64,000 nt of DNA from Escherichia coli (lineage in GTDB: Bacteria; Pseudomonadota; Gammaproteobacteria; Enterobacterales; Enterobacteriaceae). Position 1 is the stretch's first letter; every line of letters begins with the position of its first letter. The stretch lies in the NCBI RefSeq assembly GCF_002854065.1, contig NZ_CP024147.1; one strand, written 5' to 3'. The notes below the pieces were generated by a model. The model searched no databases. It was not told the DNA's origin and was given only the letters and a program-made list of their open reading frames with translations. The position numbers and the translations under genes were made by a program. Positions 1 to 10,426 of the stretch are shown in pieces.

Positions 1-386
1 CCATCATTTAAGGTTACGCCATTGCGCAAGGCTTCAAGTGCGTCTTGTGTGGGAATACCTTCCACCTGCACATAATAGATTTTTCCGGTGCGTTTACCCG
101 GCTGGGTTAAACGCGCCTGCAACGCGCCGTTATTGGTCAGCACCAGTAACCCTTCGCTATCGCGGTCAAGACGACCTGCTGCATAAACGCCCTGAACCGG
201 GATGAATTCTTTTAATGCTTTGCGTCCGGCTTCATCGGTGAACTGCGGAAGAACATCGTAGGGTTTATTGAACAGGATCACACGCGTGGGCTGGTTTTCA
301 GGTTTACGCTTAGTGGAGTGTTGCGAGTTTAGTCGACTAACCTGTTTTTTTCTAAAAGAAGATTTAGAATCGCTAAAGTATTTCAT
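1..386 (-). CDS. rluE: 23S rRNA pseudouridine synthase RluE, N-terminal part (gene runs off window start)
   Basis: Minus-strand reading frame from ATG at 384-386 to the window edge; translation [49 protein letters not shown]...[17 protein letters not shown] matches the RluE/RsuA pseudouridine synthase family; divergent from icd as in E. coli. Confidence 0.8.
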   Translation of the reverse strand, partial: MKYFSDSKSSFRKKQVSRLNSQHSTKRKPENQPTRVILFNKPYDVLPQFTDEAGRKALKEFIPVQGVYAAGRLDRDSEGLLVLTNNGALQARLTQPGKRTGKIYYVQVEGIPTQDALEALRNGVTLND

Positions 387-718
387 GGTAAATTCCAAAT
401 AGAGCTATACGCAGAGGGTAGCACAGTGTCGGATTGCATTGGACTTTGAAGGTACTCGTTAGAGGTTCAGGGTTCAGGCTCTTCAGCGCGGTTTCATCAA
501 TACCTGGGTTAGTGAGCAGCGGTTGTGTGGCTGCATGGTGATAAATATGGCCCAATGAACACATTTTACATTGATGAATTGAATAAATATTGGTATGAAA
601 AATAGTGTTTCTGTATTACTGATGGGTGACAGCACTTCACTGTTCAAGTTCAGGATGATGCTTTACCACTACCATCATCAGCAGTAATAAGAGGGGCATC
701 GCAGCCTTCTTTTTTATT

Positions 719-1069
719 CTACTGATACAGCCATTTTCCCGCTTCTGCTGATTCCGCAAACATCCGTACAGTTAACGGTAAACGTGTTGTTTCTACCTCT
801 TCCCGCTTGAGCTTGAACCATCGTTGAAGCAATGGTGCAGACTCCCACGGAAGGTACAAAGACCAGTCCAGATTATCCAGGTTAATCCCAAACCTCTCTT
901 TGTATTTCCGTATAGCGTCCTCTAAATCATCTCGTGGATAGTCGAACAAATCAGAGTCCAGTTCTAACGGAATTTCCTTCCCGTGGTCATCCTGATAACC
1001 TGGAATCTCATCACGGAACAGTGCTAAAACTTCGTCTGTGATTGTTGTTGCCATTAGAAGGAAGTCCAC
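719..1069 (-). CDS. hypothetical acidic protein, 116 aa (second gene of rluE-icd intergenic cassette)
   Basis: ORF-track ORF; an internal ATG at 1052-1054 overlaps the upstream gene's stop as TAATG, suggesting translational coupling; no family recognised with certainty. Confidence 0.5.
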   Translation of the reverse strand: MDFLLMATTITDEVLALFRDEIPGYQDDHGKEIPLELDSDLFDYPRDDLEDAIRKYKERFGINLDNLDWSLYLPWESAPLLQRWFKLKREEVETTRLPLTVRMFAESAEAGKWLYQ

Positions 1070-1503
1070 TTAATACGGTCTTGAGGTTTGGCAATCAGAT
1101 TGTATTTTTCCTGGGTACGAGTCGAAACCCTGTAAAGACTCATCGACAGTGAAACCCAACCAATCCACGGGACCCAACGAGCGATAATTGCAGCAAGCTT
1201 ATTAGATTTCTGCATCCTTACACCCACTGGTGTATGAACAGAAATACCAAAAGGCATGCGTGCATCTCTCATCAGTATACGCGCATACTTTGAGACAACA
1301 CTTGTTCCCAGGGTTGCCCCTTGCGGCTTCGCTCTTGTACCCAGCCAAGGTTGACCAGATAAGATTGCTGCACCTGATACCGAATCAATCCCCAATTCCT
1401 TACAGAATTCTTCAAGGAATATGACGTTGAGTAGTTCTATTTTGGACAGGTTCGGGTGTCCTCTATAGAAATATGTTCCATTGCGTTCTTCGGTAGTATC
1501 CAT
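1054..1503 (-). CDS. hypothetical protein, 149 aa (first large gene of rluE-icd intergenic cassette)
   Basis: ORF-track ORF with ATG start at 1501-1503 and GGAG about 10 nt upstream; stop overlaps start region of downstream ORF. Confidence 0.5.
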   Translation of the reverse strand: MDTTEERNGTYFYRGHPNLSKIELLNVIFLEEFCKELGIDSVSGAAILSGQPWLGTRAKPQGATLGTSVVSKYARILMRDARMPFGISVHTPVGVRMQKSNKLAAIIARWVPWIGWVSLSMSLYRVSTRTQEKYNLIAKPQDRIKWTSF

Positions 1504-1536
1504 TTTTCAACACTCCATTGTTATATAGTGTTTCTG

Positions 1537-1629
1537 TTACTTGAAGTTGATTTCTTCGGTTGCAGCAGATGCAGAACTAGAACCAGTAAAGGCAACGAGT
1601 GTCACAGCTATCAGTGCAAAGCGTTTCAT
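1537..1629 (-). CDS. candidate 30-aa small protein with hydrophobic signal-like N-terminus (MKRFALIAVTLVAFTGSSSASAATEEINFK)
   Basis: Hand-translated minus-strand ORF below the ORF-track size cut-off; GAGGT Shine-Dalgarno 5 nt upstream of ATG; ends 33 bp upstream of the 149-aa ORF. Confidence 0.3.
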   Translation of the reverse strand: MKRFALIAVTLVAFTGSSSASAATEEINFK

Positions 1630-2089
1630 GTGAACCTCAAAAAGGGTGGATGCCATAATTTACTCGTTGCTTGTCGCTTCAACCATGACTTTTGATAATT
1701 TTCCCAATAGTGCTCAAAGTGAGTTAGTCGCTGAATCGAGTAATGTCAAATTTTGACCAAATAGCACCCTGTTAGTTATCTCTGGTGGTTTTTTTATTGC
1801 TTAAAATCTGGTGTAACTAATTGATATTTAATACTTTATTTGAAGGTCGGGAAAATACTGTCTTTGGTCTAAAAGAAGTTTTTTGCATGGTATTTTCAGA
1901 GATTATGAATTGCCGCATTATAGCCTAATAACGCGCATCTTTCATGACGGCAAACAATAGGGTAGTATTGACAAGCCAATTACAAATCATTAACAAAAAA
2001 TTGCTCTAAAGCATCCGTATCGCAGGACGCAAACGCATATGCAACGTGGTGGCAGACGAGCAAACCAGTAGCGCTCGAAGGAGAGGTGA

Positions 2090-3340
2090 ATGGAAAGTAA
2101 AGTAGTTGTTCCGGCACAAGGCAAGAAGATCACCCTGCAAAACGGCAAACTCAACGTTCCTGAAAATCCGATTATCCCTTACATTGAAGGTGATGGAATC
2201 GGTGTAGATGTAACCCCAGCCATGCTGAAAGTGGTCGACGCTGCAGTCGAGAAAGCCTATAAAGGTGAGCGTAAAATCTCCTGGATGGAAATTTACACCG
2301 GTGAAAAATCCACACAGGTTTATGGTCAGGACGTCTGGTTGCCTGCTGAAACTCTTGATCTGATTCGTGAATATCGCGTTGCTATTAAAGGCCCGCTGAC
2401 CACTCCGGTTGGTGGCGGTATTCGTTCTCTCAACGTTGCCCTGCGCCAGGAACTGGATCTCTACATCTGCCTGCGTCCGGTACGTTACTATCAGGGCACT
2501 CCAAGCCCGGTTAAACACCCTGAACTGACCGATATGGTTATCTTCCGTGAAAACTCGGAAGACATTTATGCGGGTATCGAATGGAAAGCTGACTCTGCCG
2601 ACGCCGAGAAAGTGATTAAATTCCTGCGTGAAGAGATGGGCGTGAAGAAAATTCGCTTCCCGGAACATTGCGGTATCGGTATTAAGCCGTGTTCTGAAGA
2701 AGGCACCAAACGTCTGGTTCGTGCAGCGATCGAATACGCAATTGCTAACGATCGTGACTCTGTGACCCTGGTGCACAAAGGCAACATCATGAAGTTCACC
2801 GAAGGCGCGTTTAAAGACTGGGGCTACCAGCTGGCGCGTGAAGAATTTGGCGGTGAACTGATCGACGGCGGCCCGTGGCTGAAAGTTAAAAACCCGAATA
2901 CCGGCAAAGAGATCGTCATTAAAGACGTGATTGCTGATGCATTCCTGCAACAGATCCTGCTGCGTCCGGCTGAATATGATGTTATCGCCTGTATGAACCT
3001 GAACGGTGACTACATTTCTGACGCCCTGGCAGCGCAGGTTGGCGGTATCGGTATCGCCCCTGGTGCAAACATCGGTGACGAATGCGCCCTGTTTGAAGCC
3101 ACCCACGGTACTGCGCCGAAATATGCCGGTCAGGACAAAGTAAACCCAGGCTCTATTATACTCTCTGCTGAGATGATGTTACGCCACATGGGTTGGACCG
3201 AAGCCGCAGACCTGATTGTTAAAGGTATGGAAGGCGCAATCAATGCGAAGACCGTAACCTATGACTTCGAACGTTTGATGGAAGGCGCTAAACTGCTGAA
3301 ATGTTCAGAGTTTGGTGATGCGATCATCAAGAATATGTAA
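2090..3340 (+). CDS. icd: isocitrate dehydrogenase (NADP)
   Basis: 416-aa ORF with E. coli Icd sequence ([38 protein letters not shown]...); stop TAA at 3338-3340. Confidence 0.97.
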   Translation: MESKVVVPAQGKKITLQNGKLNVPENPIIPYIEGDGIGVDVTPAMLKVVDAAVEKAYKGERKISWMEIYTGEKSTQVYGQDVWLPAETLDLIREYRVAIKGPLTTPVGGGIRSLNVALRQELDLYICLRPVRYYQGTPSPVKHPELTDMVIFRENSEDIYAGIEWKADSADAEKVIKFLREEMGVKKIRFPEHCGIGIKPCSEEGTKRLVRAAIEYAIANDRDSVTLVHKGNIMKFTEGAFKDWGYQLAREEFGGELIDGGPWLKVKNPNTGKEIVIKDVIADAFLQQILLRPAEYDVIACMNLNGDYISDALAAQVGGIGIAPGANIGDECALFEATHGTAPKYAGQDKVNPGSIILSAEMMLRHMGWTEAADLIVKGMEGAINAKTVTYDFERLMEGAKLLKCSEFGDAIIKNM

Positions 3341-3363
3341 TCACTACATGTGTTAAATATTTA

Positions 3364-3395
3364 AACGGGCGTATAACACGCCCGTTGTTTTATTT
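3364..3395 (+). terminator. icd rho-independent terminator (8-bp stem AACGGGCG/CGCCCGTT followed by GTTTTATTT)
   Basis: Hairpin plus T-rich tract 24 bp after the icd stop. Confidence 0.6.
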
Positions 3396-3442
3396 ATGTA
3401 GATATTATTAATAGCATATCGAGCATATTTATATAAAACCCA

Positions 3443-3766
3443 TTACTTGAGCCCATACGGGCATATTTTTATAATACAACTCTTATGCAAACATTTATTT
3501 GTTATTTCGCTTTCTCCTGGAGGACACTCTTGACTGCTTTTGAGTAAACTCCATAAATTCTTGTTGAATGGTGCAATGTTATAAATAGTAATAGGATATT
3601 CTTTATCCTTAAGGATAATACCAGGCTTAACAGGTGTAAATATACTTCCAGGAGGAAGAAATATAGTAGATTGATACCAGATGATCATTTTCATATCACC
3701 CCATATGGCTGAAAAAGATATGCCGCATGTAGGTTGAATTACCGTGTCAATTACTACCCACTTCAT
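3443..3766 (-). CDS. iraM: anti-adaptor protein IraM (RpoS stabiliser)
   Basis: 107-aa ORF in an AT-rich segment immediately after icd; size and position match IraM (ycgW) as recalled for K-12. Confidence 0.75.
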   Translation of the reverse strand: MKWVVIDTVIQPTCGISFSAIWGDMKMIIWYQSTIFLPPGSIFTPVKPGIILKDKEYPITIYNIAPFNKNLWSLLKSSQECPPGESEITNKCLHKSCIIKICPYGLK

Positions 3767-4203
3767 TTGTTATGTCTTATCCCACGGTATTTAATATAGT
3801 TCATTTGGATGTTCATTTCTTTATTTTGCATATGAGTATATTACCCCTTCAAAAAATAAATTAATTAAAACGATTGCTTATATAAAACAAAACTTAAAGC
3901 AAGGAATCTCAATGGATGTTAAACAAAATGAGATTTAGTGAAAACAATAAATTATTCACTTCGTTTTAGATTTGTTTAGCTATAATGTTATACATTCAAA
4001 TGACTGAACATCCTGTAATTAAAACATAGCCTTTATGCTACTTTGTGCCAATTTGCTAAACATTATGGTTGCCTTTTTATATAACGATAATAATGAATAT
4101 AAGCATGACATGAGAATAAGGTTTCAATTTTTGAGTTATATAGGAAAGGTTTAACCTGTTCCTGGCTAAAATACATATAACTGGATGATGACTAAACCAA
4201 AAC

Positions 4204-4255
4204 ACATGTGCGTTAAGTATTGAAACGGGCGTATGGCACGCCCGTTGGTTTTATA
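4204..4255 (+). repeat. second copy of the icd-terminator-like element (ACATGTG...AACGGGCG-loop-CGCCCGTT-GGTTTTAT)
   Basis: About 50 bp closely similar to 3347-3395, including the same 8-bp stem; direct repeat flanking the iraM segment. Confidence 0.5.
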
Positions 4256-4461
4256 AATATATTAACCGTTATAAAATAACGTATAGAAAGTCAAGTGATC
4301 ACATTTCAAATATCAATTTGATAGTATTGGCCTGGTGATTATTTATGGGTAGCAATAAAAGGACAGTATTTATCATCCATAGGGATAGTCTCTGTACTTT
4401 TATTCCCATTATGCTAATGCCTTACTGAATTATGAAGCATTTCTTAAGCATCCAACTTAAG

Positions 4462-4866
4462 CTAGATTAATGGTTTATTATTTTCTACATCTTCAATATA
4501 TAAAAGCGTATTATCAATGGCGTAGTAACTGCGTTTGTTATGATTAACATCAGTAACCCAACGGAAAACGCCCGCGTCTGCCAGTGTTGAACAGTATTCC
4601 CGAAATGTAGATTTTCCGCAAATATGAAGCAATGCGGCCTCTTTTATTTTAGCAGGGTTCTTGGTCGTACTAACTTTTAACAGGTTCCTGGTTCCTCTTA
4701 ATAACAAAACCGTGTCATCGTGAGTAATAATTCTGATGTTATCCGTAGCCAGATAATAAATGTAATGTGCAATACGGTGATGTTTTAATTCTGAATAAAA
4801 CCAGGAGAAGTTTTGCTCTTTTCTCACTTGCTCAAACATCTTTTGAAAAACAACGACCTGATCCAT
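4462..4866 (-). CDS. ycgX: uncharacterised protein YcgX
   Basis: 134-aa ORF at the expected position between iraM and bluR. Confidence 0.7.
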   Translation of the reverse strand: MDQVVVFQKMFEQVRKEQNFSWFYSELKHHRIAHYIYYLATDNIRIITHDDTVLLLRGTRNLLKVSTTKNPAKIKEAALLHICGKSTFREYCSTLADAGVFRWVTDVNHNKRSYYAIDNTLLYIEDVENNKPLI

Positions 4867-5086
4867 CAGGATAATAACCTCTTGTTAGTTGTGAGACTGC
4901 GTAGTGTGCACGATCGGTTTTACCACTTCAATCTGGTCTGTCCTTTGGCTGTGATATGTACAAAGTGTGAAAGGGGGATTACCTGAATTCTCCCGGTGAG
5001 CATTTTGTAATGGACCAGCTCCGGTACAAACGCTGTTGTGGGTTCAGATTATAACATTCTGTCTAAGGGGCGGGATAAAGGTGAAA

Positions 5087-5818
5087 TTAGGGGGCATGAA
5101 AGATGACTTTATAACCTTGCTCACCCCAGTGTTGTAAAAGTTCATTTTGCCTTCTCGTTGGTGCCATGCCTGTCCAGACAATCAATGTTTGCGTCGGGAA
5201 CAGTTCCGGGCGCGGTGATTCAATGGGATCAGCAAGAACAGAAATATGCCATCCTGACAATGATAAACGCCATGCTTCCAGCCACAATCGAGCTCTCTCT
5301 TCAACATTCCACGCCATCAGAATGGCTTCTTTACCGGGCTTACGGCGCATTTCGAAAAGCGAGGCTGCTGCGTATTCAATTAGTGCGCCGTCAAACATAC
5401 TGCTCATAATGCGGGAGGTGTTGTGATCAAGCACGAGACGCTGGCGAACAGGAAGGTAAACATGATTAATCAATTGATCTACTGGGTACTCTCGACCCAG
5501 TGAAATAATTCTCGCGCGTAGTTTGGCAGGATTAGCCATACGAAGAATTGACATCATCTCTTCTTGCAGGCGGCTCCAGTCATCTTCCGTATCCTGGCTG
5601 GTGGTTTCCAGTAATGCTTTAACTTTGCCTACAGGGACGCCATTACTTATCCAACGCTTGATCTCTTCGATACGTTGTATGTCTTCTTCATCAAAGAGTC
5701 GGTGTCCGCCTTCACTGCGCTGTGGTTTTAACAAACCGTAGCGGCGTTGCCAGGCCCGGAGAGTGACAGGATTAATCCCGCAACGTTCAGCAACATCACC
5801 AATGCTGTAATAAGCCAC
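5087..5818 (-). CDS. bluR: MerR-family transcriptional repressor BluR (YcgE)
   Basis: 243-aa ORF with N-terminal MerR HTH ([32 protein letters not shown]); divergent from ycgZ operon. Confidence 0.9.
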   Translation of the reverse strand: MAYYSIGDVAERCGINPVTLRAWQRRYGLLKPQRSEGGHRLFDEEDIQRIEEIKRWISNGVPVGKVKALLETTSQDTEDDWSRLQEEMMSILRMANPAKLRARIISLGREYPVDQLINHVYLPVRQRLVLDHNTSRIMSSMFDGALIEYAAASLFEMRRKPGKEAILMAWNVEERARLWLEAWRLSLSGWHISVLADPIESPRPELFPTQTLIVWTGMAPTRRQNELLQHWGEQGYKVIFHAP

Positions 5819-6022
5819 AATTCCTCCTTGCGGTCACAAATCTCCGTCGCCTGTACACGACCCAATAATACTTTGTACAATATACGCTAAAATTGTACAA
5901 AGTATAAATAAGATTTCAGCTAAATTGGATGAAACATTATTTTTAATGTGGATTAAATTAAAACATAACGTATTCATTTTCACGATGATTTCCAGAAAAC
6001 TTGCAAAATAATGTGCTGAAAA

Positions 6023-7234
6023 TTATTTTTTCTCCGGCCACGCAACTGAAGGGATACCATTCAATTTAGCTTTAGCAAACAGATCCCCCTGAAACATCTC
6101 AATTCCTGCGGATTCAAGCCACATCCACTCTTCTGGTGTTGCCACGCCCATAGCACTGACTTGAATTTCAAGTGATGTACAGCATTTTATGATCGCCTGA
6201 ATAATTGCCTGCCGTGGTCCGCTTTTATGAACATTGGTAATCAATTCCTGACTGATTTTAATTCTGTCAGGCTGGAAGCGTGACAGGAGTAACAAACCAG
6301 CAAAACCTGCGCCAAAATGATCAATTGCTACACTGATACCGGCAGCCTTTAGCGATTTAACCGCTTCGGCAAACTCATCAAACCGAGATATGACTTCACT
6401 TTCAGTAAATTCAACGATGATTTGTTCAGGCACCAGACCATTGGCCTTTATTTCATCAAGTAAAAAAGAGACTGCGTCAGGCTCGTTAACCAGGGTCATA
6501 GGTAATAGATTGATAGATATCATTTTATCACCGAGCTCAAGTGCGTGTGCCATCGCGAATACAAGCGCCTTACTTTTGAGATCCGCTGTGTAGATTTCCC
6601 CGTCTTTACGCTGCCCAACCGCTATAGCTGACGGGCTGTCTTCATTTTTTTGCACAATGGCTTCAAAAGCGATTATCCGCCGCGATAAGGGATCAACAAT
6701 AGGATGAAAGGCAAAGTGGTCGTTTATATTTGGTGAAAGGGTACAGGAATCAAGTTCTTTATCAGATCTGTCAGCGATAAAAAGCCAGGAGTCTTCAGCA
6801 GGGATCTCGAAATAGGTTGATTGTTCGGTTGCAAGGACAAAAGTACGAAAAAATTGTAGCGCTCTGTCATCATAAGTTAGCTGAAATTTTGATGTGCCTT
6901 TGTCGAATACGGCCTGTAAAACGTCATCTCGCTCGTGCAGGCGTAAATCAAATAATTCCATTCCTGCTTTACCAAAACGGCGAGCAGGCGCGTAATCGCA
7001 CAACAGTTCAACAATATTATAGTGCCGAGGATCCTGGCATATAGCCCGATATATCATTTGAACCTGTTCTTCCGGACCTTCCAGAAGCTGGAAAAAATGA
7101 GAACCATTAAACAGTAAGATCCCTGTTACGTCAGACTGCATGTTCCTGCGATTTGCTATCGAAACCATTTCTTCGATTTTTTTGACAGGTTCGTCGTCAC
7201 GTATATGGCTACGATAAATAAGGGTGGTAAGCAT
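6023..7234 (-). CDS. bluF: blue-light sensing BLUF-EAL protein BluF (YcgF)
   Basis: Conserved N-terminus MLTTLIYRSHIRDDEPVKKIEEMVSIANRRN starts at ATG 7232-7234 (403 aa); ORF track extends 26 codons upstream. Confidence 0.9.
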   Translation of the reverse strand: MLTTLIYRSHIRDDEPVKKIEEMVSIANRRNMQSDVTGILLFNGSHFFQLLEGPEEQVQMIYRAICQDPRHYNIVELLCDYAPARRFGKAGMELFDLRLHERDDVLQAVFDKGTSKFQLTYDDRALQFFRTFVLATEQSTYFEIPAEDSWLFIADRSDKELDSCTLSPNINDHFAFHPIVDPLSRRIIAFEAIVQKNEDSPSAIAVGQRKDGEIYTADLKSKALVFAMAHALELGDKMISINLLPMTLVNEPDAVSFLLDEIKANGLVPEQIIVEFTESEVISRFDEFAEAVKSLKAAGISVAIDHFGAGFAGLLLLSRFQPDRIKISQELITNVHKSGPRQAIIQAIIKCCTSLEIQVSAMGVATPEEWMWLESAGIEMFQGDLFAKAKLNGIPSVAWPEKK

Positions 7235-7547
7235 TAACTGTCCAGGGTAATGGGAGAGGCGAGAGTAAGACGGTAACAGACATATCTTCCGGTGTCTTTC
7301 TTTTAATACCAAAACATAACTGTTTCTTTACATTGATAAAAAATGGAAAAAGTTGAACACGAGTTGGCGAAAAATCTTGTATAGGTTGTCAGTTAAATGA
7401 TGCAATATGTTTTATCATAACGTATTGTTTTATATGCATTAGCACTAATTGCAAAAAATTAATTTATCATTCTGTACACATATTTCGTACAAGTTTGCTA
7501 TTGTTACCTCACTTAACATTGATTAACATTTTTAACAGAGGCGTAGC

Positions 7548-7784
7548 ATGCATCAAAATTCAGTGACTTTAGATTCTGCGGGAGCAATCACTCGTTACTT
7601 TGCAAAAGCTAACTTGCCTACTCAGCAGGAAACTCTCGGGGAAATTGTGACTGAGATTTTGAAAGATGGACGTAATCTGAGTCGAAAGTCGCTTTGTGCC
7701 AAACTTCTTTGCCGACTGGAACAAGCGACAGGGGAAGAGGAACAGAAACATTATAATGCACTAATTGGGTTGCTTTTTGAATAA
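7548..7784 (+). CDS. ycgZ: small regulatory protein YcgZ
   Basis: 78-aa ORF, first gene of the ycgZ-ymgA-ariR-ymgC cluster. Confidence 0.85.
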   Translation: MHQNSVTLDSAGAITRYFAKANLPTQQETLGEIVTEILKDGRNLSRKSLCAKLLCRLEQATGEEEQKHYNALIGLLFE

Positions 7785-7813
7785 TGCAACAGCCTGATTA
7801 TTTGGATTTGCCC

Positions 7814-8719
7814 CTATATTTCCAGACATCTGTTATCACTTAACCCATTACAAGCCCGCTGCCGCAGATATTCCCGTGGCGAGCGATAACCCAGCGCACT
7901 ATGCGGATGCCATTCGTTATAATGCTCGAACGCCTCTGCAAGGTTCTTTGCTGCCGTTAACCCGTCTGGTTTGGGCATGATACTGATGTAGTCACGCTTT
8001 ATCGTTTTCACGAAGCTCTCTGCTATTCCGTTACTCTCCGGACTCCGCACCGCCGTGTTCTTCGGTTCAAGTCCCAACATCCGGGCGAACTGGCGTGTTT
8101 CATTAGCCCGGTAGCATGAACCATTATCCGTCAGCCACTCCACTGGAGACGACGGAAGATCGTTGCCGAAGCGGCGTTCCACCGCTCCCAGCATGACGTC
8201 CTGTACTGTTTCACTGTTGAAGCCGCCGGTAGTGACCGCCCAGTGCAGTGCCTCACGATCACAGCAGTCCAGCGCGAACGTGACACGCAGTCTCTCTCCG
8301 TTATCACAGCAGAACTCGAACCCGTCAGAGCACCATCGCTGATTGCTTTCTTTCACGGCCACTCTGCCTGTATGTGCCCGTTTCGATGGCGGTACAGCAG
8401 GTTTTCGCTCAAGCAACAGCGCATTCTAGCGCATGATCCGGTAAACACGTTTGGCATTGATCGCAGGCATACCATCAAGTTCTGCCTGTCTGCGAAGCAG
8501 CGCCCATACCCGACGATAACCATACGTGGGCAGCTCTCCGATAACATGGTGTATACGGAGAAGCACATCCGTATCATCAGTGTGACGACTGCGGCGGCCA
8601 TCCATCCAGTCATCGGTTCGTCTGAGAATGACGTGCAACTGCGCACGCGACACCCGGAGACAACGGCTGACTAAGCTTACTCCCCATCCCCGGGCAATAA
8701 GGGCGCGTGCGCTATCCAC
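7814..8719 (-). pseudogene. insD: IS2 transposase InsD (orfB) interrupted by in-frame amber codon
   Basis: Two ORF-track pieces (8426..8719 and 7814..8416) lie in the same frame, separated by TAG at 8426-8428 where intact IS2 InsD reads ...[13 protein letters not shown] (Q codon); remainder matches InsD. Confidence 0.8.
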
Positions 8720-9042
8720 TTTTTTGCCCGTCCATATTCAACGGCTTCTTTGAGGAGTTCATTTTCCATCGTTTTCTTGCCGAGCAGGCGCTGGAGTTCT
8801 TTAATCTGCTTCATGGCGGCAGCAAGTTCAGAGGCAGGAACAACCTGTTCTCCGGCGGCGACAGCAGTAAGACTTCCTTCCTGGTATTGCTTACGCCAGA
8901 GAAATAACTGGCTGGCTGCTACACCATGTTGCCGGGCAACGAGGGAGACCGTCATCCCCGGTTCAAAGCTCTGCTGAACAATTGCGATCTTTTCCTGTGT
9001 GGTACGCCGTCTGCGTTTCTCCGGCCCTAAGACATCAATCAT
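8677..9042 (-). CDS. insC: IS2 protein InsC (orfA)
   Basis: 121-aa product [52 protein letters not shown]... from ATG 9040-9042. Confidence 0.9.
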
Positions 9043-9162
9043 CTGTTCTCCAATGACTAGTCTAAAAACTAGTATTAAGACTATCACTTATTTAAGTGAT
9101 ATTGGTTGTCTGGAGATTCAGGGGGCCAGTCTATTATTTAACAGGTTAGCTATGAAGTCGTT

Positions 9163-9435
9163 ATGAAGACATCTGATAATGAAAGTATAAAATATGAAAT
9201 TACTGGCCAGGCGGTGCTCCAGATACTGCGCATGAAGATAAATTTTTCGGTGCAGACTCTTATTAAGCAATTACTCGTAATGAAATCGGCTGAGGAAAAT
9301 GCTTTCCGACGAGATTTAATTGACAGCATAATTCGTGATTTTAGCAACAGTGATACAGGAGGGCCAAACCGAAGAACAGCGATAGCTGACAATAAAAGTA
9401 TGTTCAATGGTAAGAAAATAAACAGAATACATTAA
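9163..9435 (+). CDS. ymgA: two-component connector protein YmgA
   Basis: 90-aa ORF immediately downstream of the IS2 insertion. Confidence 0.8.
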   Translation: MKTSDNESIKYEITGQAVLQILRMKINFSVQTLIKQLLVMKSAEENAFRRDLIDSIIRDFSNSDTGGPNRRTAIADNKSMFNGKKINRIH

Positions 9436-9463
9436 AATTTCATAAGTAAGATGAGAGGTTACC

Positions 9464-9730
9464 ATGCTTGAAGATACTACAATTCATAATGCAATAACTG
9501 ATAAAGCGTTATCAAGTTACTTTCGCAGTTCGGGTAATTTGTTAGAAGAAGAGTCAGCAGTGTTAGGGCAGGCTGTGACTAATTTAATGCTTTCAGGCGA
9601 TAATGTTAATAATAAAAATATTATCTTAAGTCTGATACACTCCCTGGAAACAACAAGTGATATTCTCAAAGCTGACGTGATCAGAAAAACACTGGAAATC
9701 GTGTTGCGATACACAGCGGATGACATGTAA
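9464..9730 (+). CDS. ariR: regulator of acid resistance AriR (YmgB)
   Basis: 88-aa ORF at the expected position and size. Confidence 0.8.
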   Translation: MLEDTTIHNAITDKALSSYFRSSGNLLEEESAVLGQAVTNLMLSGDNVNNKNIILSLIHSLETTSDILKADVIRKTLEIVLRYTADDM

Positions 9731-9842
9731 CTTTTAATTATTAAGTATAAGTTTATAGAAAACTCATTCATCTTATTTTTGTCTGTCGCTTTAGACTATA
9801 CACAGCATAATTTTATTGGGTTAATATTTCTACGAGGCTGAC

Positions 9843-10091
9843 ATGAATAATTCAATCCCAGAGAGATTTATTTTTCAATGTGCTTTGTTTAAAAATCTCG
9901 AGAGGGAGGTATTCATGACGCATGGGTATGTTGATAGTCATATTATTGATCAGGCTTTACGCTTGCGTTTAAAAGATGAAACCAGTGTGATTCTTTCTGA
10001 TCTCTATCTGCAAATCTTGCAGTACATTGAAATGCATAAGACTACACTAACGGATATCATTATTAATGACAGGGAATCCGTGCTCTCTTAG
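9843..10091 (+). CDS. ymgC: uncharacterised protein YmgC
   Basis: 82-aa ORF, last gene of the cluster. Confidence 0.75.
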   Translation: MNNSIPERFIFQCALFKNLEREVFMTHGYVDSHIIDQALRLRLKDETSVILSDLYLQILQYIEMHKTTLTDIIINDRESVLS

Positions 10092-10426
10092 AACTTGAGT
10101 AAGGTTATAGAATAAACATCAGCTGTATCATCATGCTGGTGCAAAGTGAGCATTTCAGGCGTTATGCTTTCTTAATATATCCGCAATATCAGGGGGCAAA
10201 CAGGAATGGAGAGCGCTCGTTTTCCATTCTTGACGCCTGATATCCCACCTAATTTGTTTAATTCTGCCTACATTGTGCTCAATAATTAATAGGTTAGATG
10301 AAGATGGAGAAAATTTTATCTTCGGCGTGGATATTTCTTATGCTCTCTACCATGCTCTCTGTAGACGCCAGCGCGAGCGAATGAACGTCATTTTCATGTA
10401 TTAAACCCTTTGTTCGGGACAAGCGA

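Larger units (their letters stand above)
7803..9133 (-). mobile_element. insertion sequence IS2 (1331 bp) with 5-bp target-site duplication TTATT
   Basis: Ends TGGATTTGCCCCTATATTTCCAGACATCTGTTATCACTTAAC (7803-) and GTGATATTGGTTGTCTGGAGATTCAGGGGGCCAGTCTA (-9133) match the IS2 terminal inverted repeats; length exactly 1331 bp; TTATT at 7798-7802 and 9134-9138; encodes InsC and InsD. Confidence 0.95.

Noticed and set aside
2006-3106. 366-aa minus-strand ORF antisense to icd
   Set aside because: Lies entirely within the strongly supported icd coding region on the opposite strand; low-complexity translation typical of an antisense artefact in a GC-biased gene.
7803-9133. Element being IS3 rather than IS2
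   Set aside because: Initially considered IS3-family by transposase motifs; length (1331 bp), terminal sequences, 5-bp duplication and InsC/InsD protein sequences fit IS2 specifically.
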